From Lachnospiraceae bacterium (lineage in GTDB: Bacteria > Bacillota > Clostridia > Lachnospirales > Lachnospiraceae), in NCBI GenBank assembly GCA_015057005.1, contig SVFF01000003.1, positions 8,972 through 72,971 on the forward strand: a stretch of DNA of 64,000 nt, read 5' to 3'. The notes beneath the pieces are model-generated. The model made no database searches. It was not told the DNA's origin and saw nothing but the letters and a program-made list of their open reading frames with translations. The position numbers were made by a program, and so were the translations under genes. Below are positions 56,306 through 64,000 of the stretch, piece after piece. Every line of letters starts with the position of its first letter. The first letter of the stretch is position 1.

Positions 56306-57634
56306 ATGAAAATATTGTTTGTATCCCTTGGCTGCGACAAAAACCTGGTGGATTCCGAGATGATGCTGGGCATGCTGCAGGAAAAAGGTTATTCTTTTAC
56401 GGATGATGAAACCAAAGCGGATATTGCAGTGGTAAATACCTGCTGCTTTATCGGGGATGCCAAGGAAGAAAGTATTAATACGCTCTTGGAGTTGTCTGAA
56501 CTTAAGGAGAGCGGTCAGCTGAAAGGTCTGATCGCAGCGGGCTGTCTGGCCCAGCGCTATAAAGAGGAGATCCAGGCGGAGATTCCTCAGGTGGATGCCA
56601 TCATCGGTACCACGGCCATTGAGAGCATCGTGGCTGCGGTGGAGGAAATCCTGGCAGGACACAGCAGCAATCATTATCAGGACATCAACGCCAAGCCTGT
56701 TACTGACAAGAAAAGAGTGGTGACTACAGGCGGTCATTTCGCATATTTGAAGATTGCGGAGGGCTGCGGTAAGCACTGTACCTACTGTATTATCCCTAAG
56801 GTGCGGGGCAGTTTCAGAAGCGTGCCCATGGAAAGTCTGCTGGCAGAGGCGAGGACGCTGGCTGACAGCGGCGTAAAGGAGCTGATCCTGGTTGCCCAGG
56901 AAACCACCCTTTACGGAATGGATCTTTATGGCAAAAAGTGCCTGCCGGATTTGCTGCATGAACTGGCCAAGATTCCCGGTATTTACTGGATCCGCATATT
57001 ATATTGCTATCCGGAGGAGATTACGGACGAACTGATCGAGGCCATCGCAACAGAGCCTAAGGTGTGTCATTACCTGGACATTCCCATTCAGCATGGTGCC
57101 GATCCGGTGCTCAAGAGAATGGGCAGACGCACCGATCAGCAGGAACTGCGGGACATTATCGGGAAATTAAGAGACCGCATTCCGGATATCTGCCTGCGGA
57201 CCACATTGATCAGCGGTTTCCCGGGAGAGACCCAGGAGGATTACGAGGAACTATACCGCTTTGTAAATGAGATGGAATTTGACCGATTGGGCGTGTTCCC
57301 CTATTCCCAGGAGGAAGATACACCGGCAGCCCTTATGCCGGACCAGGTTCCGGAGGAGATTAAGCTTCTGCGCAGGGACGAGCTGATGGAGCTTCAGCAG
57401 GAGATTGCTTTTGAAAAAGCGGAAGGAATGATCGGGCAGGTGCTGACCGTTATGATCGAAGGAAAAGTGGCGGATGAGGACACTTACGTGGCCAGAACCT
57501 ACCGCGACGCTCCTAATGTGGACGGCTTCCTGTTTTTAAATACCACGGCAAGTCTCATGACAGGAGATTTTGTAAAAGTATTGGTAGTAGATGCCAATGA
57601 ATATGATTTAATAGGAGAGATGTATCATGAGTAA
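56306..57634 (+). CDS. rimO: ribosomal protein S12 methylthiotransferase
   Basis: SLGCDKNLVDSE, NTCCFI, CGKHCTYC radical-SAM motif and a TRAM tail. Confidence 0.93.
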   Translation: MKILFVSLGCDKNLVDSEMMLGMLQEKGYSFTDDETKADIAVVNTCCFIGDAKEESINTLLELSELKESGQLKGLIAAGCLAQRYKEEIQAEIPQVDAIIGTTAIESIVAAVEEILAGHSSNHYQDINAKPVTDKKRVVTTGGHFAYLKIAEGCGKHCTYCIIPKVRGSFRSVPMESLLAEARTLADSGVKELILVAQETTLYGMDLYGKKCLPDLLHELAKIPGIYWIRILYCYPEEITDELIEAIATEPKVCHYLDIPIQHGADPVLKRMGRRTDQQELRDIIGKLRDRIPDICLRTTLISGFPGETQEDYEELYRFVNEMEFDRLGVFPYSQEEDTPAALMPDQVPEEIKLLRRDELMELQQEIAFEKAEGMIGQVLTVMIEGKVADEDTYVARTYRDAPNVDGFLFLNTTASLMTGDFVKVLVVDANEYDLIGEMYHE

Positions 57635-58163
57635 GACAAAGATGAATTTACCCAACCAGCTTACAATTTTCAGATGTATTTTAATTGTTCCCTTTGTAAT
57701 TTTGCTTTTGAATGGTTTTGACCTGATTTCTCTGGCTATCTTTATCATTGCCAGCCTGACCGATCTGGCGGACGGCAAGATTGCCAGAAAGTATAATCTG
57801 GTGACTAATTTCGGTAAGTTTATGGATCCCCTGGCAGACAAACTGTTGGTGTGTTCCGCGCTGATCATCCTGATCCAGCTGGGCAGAATTCCCTCCTGGG
57901 TAGTACTTATTATCATTGCCAGAGAGTTTATCATTACCGGATTCCGTACAGTGGCCTCCGACAAGGGTGTAGTGATTGCAGCCAGCTATTGGGGGAAGTA
58001 TAAGACCACTTTCCAGATGATCATGGTATGTCTGATGCTTGCCAATTTTGCATTTTTGCAGATCGTTACTGATATTGTAATGTGGATCGCGGTGGCTCTG
58101 ACTGTGATATCTTTGGTGGATTACCTGTGGAAAAACAAGAACGTTTTGAGTGATGTGAAATAA
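57627..58163 (+). CDS. pgsA: CDP-diacylglycerol--glycerol-3-phosphate 3-phosphatidyltransferase
   Basis: NLPNQLT and DLADGKIARK…FGKFMDPLADK. Confidence 0.93.
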   Translation: MSKTKMNLPNQLTIFRCILIVPFVILLLNGFDLISLAIFIIASLTDLADGKIARKYNLVTNFGKFMDPLADKLLVCSALIILIQLGRIPSWVVLIIIAREFIITGFRTVASDKGVVIAASYWGKYKTTFQMIMVCLMLANFAFLQIVTDIVMWIAVALTVISLVDYLWKNKNVLSDVK

Positions 58164-58226
58164 CAATGTGCATGTGGAATAAAAGTGTGCCATTGTCATC
58201 TTATATCTGAAGAGTGAGGAGATATT

Positions 58227-59492
58227 ATGACAGTTGAAATTATTTGCGTTGGAACAGAGCTCCTGCTTGGAAATATTGTAAATACAAACGCCGCATATTT
58301 GGCGGAAAAGTGTGCCGGTCTGGGACTTTCCTGTTTCTTTCAGACGGTAGTCGGCGACAATGAGGACCGCCTTACACAGGTGCTTACCTGCGCCATGGAC
58401 CGCTCTGATATTGTGATCTTGTCTGGTGGCCTGGGTCCCACGGAAGATGATCTGACCAAGGAAGTGGCGGCGAAGGTGTGCGGCAAGGAATTGTTCCTGG
58501 ATGAGAATACCCATGAGAGGATTGTGGAGTATTTTGTGGCAAGGGATATCACCCCTACCGTCAACAATTGGAAACAGGCCCTGATTCCCGAGGGAGCCAT
58601 CGTGCTGGACAATGAGAACGGTACTGCGCCGGGCGTGATCATAGAGGCTGAAAAAGCAAAAGTAATCCTTTTGCCCGGACCTCCCAATGAGCTGATTCCT
58701 TTGTTTGAAGACAAGGTTGCTCCCTATCTGGAGAAACTGACTCCGGGAGTGATCCGCTCCCAGACCATAAAGATCTGCGGTATAGGTGAGAGCCAGGCGG
58801 AGACCATGATGCTTGATCTGATCGACAGCCAGACCAATCCCACCATTGCTACCTATGCAAAGACCGGTGAAGTGCATATCCGTGTGACGGCAGCAGCGGA
58901 AGACGAAAAGGCGGCAGGAAAGCTGCTCAAGCCTGTTGTAAAAGAATTAAAGGCCCGTTTCGGACAGAATGTTTACACCACGGAAGAGGGTGTTACCCTG
59001 GAAAAGGCTGTGGCAGATCTGCTGCTTGGAAGTGACCTGACTATTACGTTTGCGGAGTCCTGTACCGGCGGTATGCTGTCCGCAAGATTGGTCGGGGTAT
59101 CCGGCGTATCGGATTGTTATAAAGCGGGATTTGTCACCTACTCCAACAAGGCTAAGAGAAAGTTTTTGGGAGTGAAAAAGCATACCCTTGATAAGCATGG
59201 TGCAGTCAGTGAACAGACAGCGGAGGAGATGGCCAAGGGCGCAGCCCTGGCAGCCAAAGCGGATGTGGCTGTAGCCATCACAGGCATTGCAGGACCGGAT
59301 GGTGGTACCAAGGTCAAGCCTGTTGGACTGGTTTATATTGCTTGCTATGTGAAAGGCAAAGTTACCGTTGAAAAATACCAGTTTAAGGGTAACCGTTCCA
59401 AGGTCCGGGAGAGCGCGGTTTCATCGGCATTAGGGCTGACAAGACGATGTATTTTAGAATATTTCAGCAAAGTTACATTTGACAAGAAGTGA
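58227..59492 (+). CDS. cinA: competence/damage-inducible protein A
   Basis: VGTELLLG, GGLGPTEDDLT, AESCTGG and TGIAGPDGG. Confidence 0.93.
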   Translation: MTVEIICVGTELLLGNIVNTNAAYLAEKCAGLGLSCFFQTVVGDNEDRLTQVLTCAMDRSDIVILSGGLGPTEDDLTKEVAAKVCGKELFLDENTHERIVEYFVARDITPTVNNWKQALIPEGAIVLDNENGTAPGVIIEAEKAKVILLPGPPNELIPLFEDKVAPYLEKLTPGVIRSQTIKICGIGESQAETMMLDLIDSQTNPTIATYAKTGEVHIRVTAAAEDEKAAGKLLKPVVKELKARFGQNVYTTEEGVTLEKAVADLLLGSDLTITFAESCTGGMLSARLVGVSGVSDCYKAGFVTYSNKAKRKFLGVKKHTLDKHGAVSEQTAEEMAKGAALAAKADVAVAITGIAGPDGGTKVKPVGLVYIACYVKGKVTVEKYQFKGNRSKVRESAVSSALGLTRRCILEYFSKVTFDKK

Positions 59493-59524
59493 TAATCTGC
59501 AGAAAAACCAATCACTATAATAAT

Positions 59525-59575
59525 AAAGGCGCTTCCCGTAATCGTGTGAGATTTGGGAAACACCTTTTATTTTGC
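59525..59575. terminator. terminator hairpin between convergent genes
   Basis: aaaggcgcttccc…gggaaacacctttt with a T-rich tail. Confidence 0.5.
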
Positions 59576-59613
59576 TTATGCTTTGTTTGAGAAGATATTA
59601 TAATTTAGAAACC

Positions 59614-60402
59614 TTACATTTCGGAAATCTTCTTGATTCTGTCGTAAGCGGTCTGTAAAAATTCTCTTGCAGACATGTCCTGATATCTGCTGTTGCCAAG
59701 CTCCAGCATCAGGCAGCCTTCGTATCCGTACTCATTCAGCTTGTCCATCATTTTCTGGAAATCACAAGTGCCGTCAAAGGGGAGCATATGCAAGTCATTG
59801 TCGCCTACCTTTTCCCAACCTCTGCCGGGATTATCATGGATATGGGTGGCGATCACATTGTGAGTGAAAATATCCATCCAGCAAACGGTCTTGGTGTAGC
59901 AGTGCTCATGGCCGTTGTCGTAGCAGAATTTTACGCAGTCACGTTTTTCATATCTGTCCACAAAGTATGCAACATTACCGGTCTTACGCAGATTTTCAAA
60001 AGCTGCAATAACACCATTTTTCTCGCAATAGTCTACGATTGCATCAAATCTGGCAAGGCCCAGATCGTTGATCTCGGGGGTATCCCAGCCGGAAGATACG
60101 TGAAGAATAACGGCCGGTACGTTGCAGGCTGCAGCAGCGTCGATGGCGTCGATCATGCCATTGTAAACAGTCAGATATGCGTCGCCTTCCAGCCACATAT
60201 TGTTGATGCCGGAAAAAGGAGCATGAATAAATTCATAAGTAAGTCCTAATGTGTCTGCCTTCTCTTTCATTCTCTGAGTGGTTTCTACACTGTAAGTATC
60301 GGTAAAAAAGCTGTCAAAACCAATTTCTTTCATAAGGTCCAGAGTATCTACGGGATCTGCACCTGCGATGCACTCTGCAATAATACCAAGTTTTCTTTTC
60401 AT
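59614..60402 (-). CDS. sugar phosphate isomerase/epimerase (AP2 TIM-barrel) family
   Basis: IHAPF, AFENL, CYDNGH, HIHDN, DLHMLPFDG and LMLE; AAAGGAG RBS. Confidence 0.87.
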   Translation of the reverse strand: MKRKLGIIAECIAGADPVDTLDLMKEIGFDSFFTDTYSVETTQRMKEKADTLGLTYEFIHAPFSGINNMWLEGDAYLTVYNGMIDAIDAAAACNVPAVILHVSSGWDTPEINDLGLARFDAIVDYCEKNGVIAAFENLRKTGNVAYFVDRYEKRDCVKFCYDNGHEHCYTKTVCWMDIFTHNVIATHIHDNPGRGWEKVGDNDLHMLPFDGTCDFQKMMDKLNEYGYEGCLMLELGNSRYQDMSAREFLQTAYDRIKKISEM

Positions 60403-60508
60403 TATGATTCTCCTTTGTACGAGTATTCTTTGAGAACGACTCGTTGTTAGTAATGTTGTTAAAACGCACAAGACTATAGTAGTATCGGACTATGATTTTG
60501 TCAATGGT

Positions 60509-61243
60509 TTACTTGTAGTCATGAACCTCATCATTGCCGAAGCATTCGCAGAATCTGGCAGAAAATGCGGGGGGCTCATCCTTCACATACAGATGGGAAA
60601 TGTCGCCGAAGGACAGCGTACGGAAAGAAGCGATGCCTTCCCGGCGCTCTTCGGTGACAACTGTGGTCACCGAGGTAGGAGCTGCACAGGTACCATGCCA
60701 GAGGATCATGGGAGATACACTGAGCAGATGACTGAGCAGTACACATTCCAGTCCAAAGTGACAGAAGAAGACGAAGGTATCATTGTTCTGCTTTTCTACT
60801 CTGTAAAGCTTGCCATCTCTGTGGTAGCCCAGTTCAGCAAGAAGAGCATCGAAATTTTCACAGACCCATTTGTATTCTTCTTTGACACCGTGTTCTTTCA
60901 TAATATCAGTGTCATACCAGGTATCATAGTGGAAGTATTTTTCCTCCACCATCCAGTCCTGAGGAAGCCAGTCCCAGGTGGGCTGAAGCTTGCCGGGAAT
61001 CTCGGGTCTCTCCATGCGGATGGCAAATTCCCGCAGCCATTCTTTCTGAATGGCTGTGCGGTTCATTTTATTTAAGGTAACAGCAGCGGTATCCTTGGCT
61101 CTGCCCAAAGGAGAAACAAAAAATTCTTTTACGTCCATCCGGGCAATCTTTTCGGATAAGTATTCTGCTTCTTTCCAACCTTTATCGGTCAGGGAGTCAA
61201 TAGCGTAGTTGGGGTCGCCGTGACGGATAAATATTAATTTCAT
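60509..61243 (-). CDS. histidine phosphatase family protein
   Basis: IRHGDP, SPLGRAKDTA and FCHFG. Confidence 0.88.
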   Translation of the reverse strand: MKLIFIRHGDPNYAIDSLTDKGWKEAEYLSEKIARMDVKEFFVSPLGRAKDTAAVTLNKMNRTAIQKEWLREFAIRMERPEIPGKLQPTWDWLPQDWMVEEKYFHYDTWYDTDIMKEHGVKEEYKWVCENFDALLAELGYHRDGKLYRVEKQNNDTFVFFCHFGLECVLLSHLLSVSPMILWHGTCAAPTSVTTVVTEERREGIASFRTLSFGDISHLYVKDEPPAFSARFCECFGNDEVHDYK

Positions 61244-61288
61244 GATTATAAATCCTTTTTGTTAAAGGGTTAAAACGCCCTGTGAAAT

Positions 61289-62053
61289 TTAGAAGCAGGT
61301 GAAAGCGCCGTCTACCAGGATGTCAGCACCGGTTGTGAAGGAGCTGCAGTCGCCGGCCAGGTAAACTACGATAGCCTGAAGCTCTTCGGGAGTACCCAGA
61401 CGATGTACGGGAGACAGACGGTTCCACTCACCGATGTTGGGGGAACTTGCGGTCAGATCGGTACCGATATATCCGGGGCTGATGGAGTTAACGCGGATGC
61501 CTCTGGTAGCCCATTCGATAGCCAGGGATTTGGTCAGCTGGATAACGCCTGCCTTGGAAGCATTGTAGGAACACTGAGGCTGGGGAACGTTTACAATATG
61601 TCCGGACATGGAAGCGGTGTTGATGATACTGCCGCCCTTGCCCTGCTTGAGCATCTGCTTGCCGGCAGCCTGTGCGGTCAGGAATACGCCGGTCAGGTTT
61701 ACGTCGATTACCTTCTGCCAATCATTAAGGGTCATTTCTTCTGCGGGAATGTTGTTGCCGATACCTGCGTTACAGAATGCAATATTCAGCTCGCCGAAGT
61801 TTTCAACGATCACATCGATCATGTTGTTTACGTCATCAGGGGAGGTAACGTCTGCTTTGATAGCCAGGGTCTTAACGCCCAGTTCAGCGATCTCTGCAGC
61901 AGTTTTCTGTGCGGTTTCCAGGTCCATGTCAACGATTGCTACATCTGCGCCTGCCTCAGCAAGTGCGGTTGCAACGCTCTTACCGATGCCTCTTGCACCG
62001 CCGGTAACAAAGGCCTTTTTGCCGTCAAGTCTCATTTTTTCAAGAATACCCAC
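61289..62053 (-). CDS. short-chain dehydrogenase/reductase (polyol/sorbose reductase-like)
   Basis: TGGARGIG, CNAG, ASMSG, YNASK and SPGY; probable GTG start after GAGAGG. Confidence 0.9.
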   Translation of the reverse strand: MGILEKMRLDGKKAFVTGGARGIGKSVATALAEAGADVAIVDMDLETAQKTAAEIAELGVKTLAIKADVTSPDDVNNMIDVIVENFGELNIAFCNAGIGNNIPAEEMTLNDWQKVIDVNLTGVFLTAQAAGKQMLKQGKGGSIINTASMSGHIVNVPQPQCSYNASKAGVIQLTKSLAIEWATRGIRVNSISPGYIGTDLTASSPNIGEWNRLSPVHRLGTPEELQAIVVYLAGDCSSFTTGADILVDGAFTCF

Positions 62054-62132
62054 TTTTAAAATCCTCTCTTTCTTTTTTAGAAGTAAAACATTAAAAACTT
62101 TTGTTAAATGATTTTCTATATGCATTTATTTA

Positions 62133-62161
62133 ATTGTACGCTTAACACTTCCTGTTGTCAA
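62133..62161 (-). promoter_or_regulatory. sigma70 promoter for the SDR gene
   Basis: Minus strand TTGACA-17-TACAAT. Confidence 0.65.
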
Positions 62162-62441
62162 TAGAACACAAGGGATGGGTTTATCCGACGCAGTACGCTC
62201 TTTTGTCTTGCATATCACAGGATTTTGTGGTACATTTTTAGTGTCTGAAAATTCTTGAAACAAATTATATAGTCATTCTATCATTCCGGCATTTCGCCAA
62301 TCGTTTCAGAAAAGACAAATTAGAGAAAAGTTTGGGAGGGATGCCTTTGAGGGATGTTTAACGGACAGGAAAAAGTGTACTGTTTAGAAGCGTAAAAAAT
62401 TAAGTTTACGTGTAATAAATGAGAAAAACGCAAATTAAGTG

Positions 62442-62492
62442 TTGACAAAAACGAACAAATGTTTTATTCTGATAAAAACAGAACATTTGTTC
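62442..62492 (+). promoter_or_regulatory. recA promoter with two LexA (Cheo) boxes
   Basis: TTGACA-17-TATTCT; GAACaaatGTTT (62453-62464) and GAACatttGTTC (62481-62492). Confidence 0.85.
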
Positions 62493-62514
62493 CTTGTGAG
62501 AAGGAGATTATTAT

Positions 62515-63534
62515 ATGGAAAAGAATGAAAAATTGAGAGCGTTGGATGCGGCCCTGAATCAGATTGAGAAGCAATACGGAAAGGGCGCTGTTATGAAATT
62601 GGGCGATCCTGCTGCACAGATGAATGTAGAGACCATTCCCACCGGCTCCCTGAGCCTTGACATCGCATTGGGATTAGGCGGTATCCCCAAGGGGAGAATT
62701 GTAGAGATCTATGGTCCTGAGTCCAGTGGTAAGACTACTGTTACATTACATATGATCGCAGAGGTGCAGAAGAGAGGCGGTATTGCCGGCTTTATTGATG
62801 CAGAGCATGCCCTGGATCCCGTGTACGCTAAAAATATCGGGGTAGATATTGACAATCTGTATATTTCTCAGCCCGATAATGGTGAGCAGGCTCTTGAGAT
62901 TACAGAGACTATGGTACGTTCCGGTGCTATTGATATTGTAGTAGTGGACTCTGTTGCTGCTCTGGTACCCAAGGCTGAAATCGATGGAGATATGGGAGAC
63001 AGCCACGTAGGTCTGCAGGCCCGTCTGATGTCCCAGGCGCTTCGTAAGCTTACTGCTGTGATCAGCAAGACCAACTGTACTGTTATTTTCATCAACCAGT
63101 TGCGTGAAAAAGTTGGTGTAATGTTTGGTAATCCTGAGACTACCACCGGCGGTCGTGCCCTGAAGTTCTATTCCTCCGTACGTCTGGATGTGAGAAGAAT
63201 CGAATCCCTGAAGCAGGGCGGTGAGGTGATCGGTAACCGTACCCGCGTAAAAGTTGTGAAGAATAAGATTGCCCCTCCTTTCAAAGAGGCGGAATTTGAT
63301 ATTATGTTCGGCGAAGGTATTTCTATGGTAGGAGATATTCTGGATCTGGCCGCCGGTTGTGATGTGATCGTTAAGTCCGGTGCCTGGTATGCCTATGCGG
63401 GCAACAAGATCGGCCAGGGCCGTGAGAATGCCAAGCAGTTTTTGAGAGACAACCCTCAGATTTGTGAAGAGGTGACCCAGAAGGTGCGTGCTCATTACAA
63501 TCTGAACAGTTCTGCCATAGAGCAGGCTGAGTAG
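62515..63534 (+). CDS. recA: recombinase A
   Basis: [17 protein letters not shown] and [12 protein letters not shown]. Confidence 0.98.
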   Translation: MEKNEKLRALDAALNQIEKQYGKGAVMKLGDPAAQMNVETIPTGSLSLDIALGLGGIPKGRIVEIYGPESSGKTTVTLHMIAEVQKRGGIAGFIDAEHALDPVYAKNIGVDIDNLYISQPDNGEQALEITETMVRSGAIDIVVVDSVAALVPKAEIDGDMGDSHVGLQARLMSQALRKLTAVISKTNCTVIFINQLREKVGVMFGNPETTTGGRALKFYSSVRLDVRRIESLKQGGEVIGNRTRVKVVKNKIAPPFKEAEFDIMFGEGISMVGDILDLAAGCDVIVKSGAWYAYAGNKIGQGRENAKQFLRDNPQICEEVTQKVRAHYNLNSSAIEQAE

Positions 63535-63537
63535 TCC

Positions 63538-64000
63538 ATGATAGTTACAGATATTCAAGAGTTGTCTAAAAGCCGCAGTAAAATAGTTCTTGATCAGGAA
63601 TTCGCCTTTGTATTGTACAAAGGCGAATTGCGTCAATACAGCATAAAATTGGGACAAGAATTTTCGGAAGAAGCTTATCGGGAGATTATGACAGAGGTGC
63701 TTCCCAAACGCGCAAAACTGCGTGCTATGAATCTCCTGAAGAGCAGGACTTATACCACGGCGCAGCTTCGCATAAAGCTGCAGCAGGGCGGATACCCTGA
63801 AACAGTGATTAGGGAAGCCCTGGAGTATGTGGCATCCTTTCATTATACAGATGACTTGCGTTATGCAGTAGATTTCATTACAGACAATGAGCATCGCAAA
63901 TCCCGTTTCCGCATAGAACAGGATCTGCGCGGCAAGGGGATTCCCGCAGAAGTAATTGAACAGGCCTGGCAGGAATGGCAGGCAAATGGCGGCACGCAGG
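63538..64000 (+). CDS. recX: regulatory protein RecX (runs off window)
   Basis: Manual translation gives MIVTDIQELSK…RAKLRAMNLLKSR…LRIKL…YTDDLRYA, directly after recA. Confidence 0.88.
   Translation, partial: MIVTDIQELSKSRSKIVLDQEFAFVLYKGELRQYSIKLGQEFSEEAYREIMTEVLPKRAKLRAMNLLKSRTYTTAQLRIKLQQGGYPETVIREALEYVASFHYTDDLRYAVDFITDNEHRKSRFRIEQDLRGKGIPAEVIEQAWQEWQANGGTQ

Overview
Window from a Clostridia chromosome (Lachnospiraceae-like by gene content; inference). The left half (~1.5-32.1 kb) looks like an accessory island, ending at a tRNA 3'-end remnant (att-like, 32071-32093). It begins with an unusual signalling block: a double-7TM degenerate kinase, a NarX/DesK-type kinase, a NarL-type regulator and a pseudo-receiver. 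A ~24 kb surface-protein operon follows, with two giant secreted proteins (3632 and ~2107 aa) ending in a nucleotide-identical dockerin, a sortase-anchored 2023-aa protein with one cohesin-like domain on a long Cys/His stalk, and two small membrane paralogs. This reads as a non-cellulolytic cohesin-dockerin display system, with signs of dockerin homogenisation, a deletion scar holding a different dockerin, and intergenic stem-loops whose changes preserve pairing. The right half holds sugar-use and housekeeping genes: PHP, GH31, a trkA::trkH deletion chimera, URO-D-like, HAD, Gfo, rubrerythrin, DUF4317, APH-like kinase, MBL, GH43, receiver-less Spo0A, glgA, SpoVB/MurJ-like, GH88, rqcH, an Rpn nuclease, yicC-remA-gmk-rpoZ-rimO-pgsA-cinA, three opposite-strand sugar enzymes and recA-recX. 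GH88 is bracketed by a 213-bp and a 542-bp nested palindrome. All domain calls come from reading motifs by eye; no searches were run.
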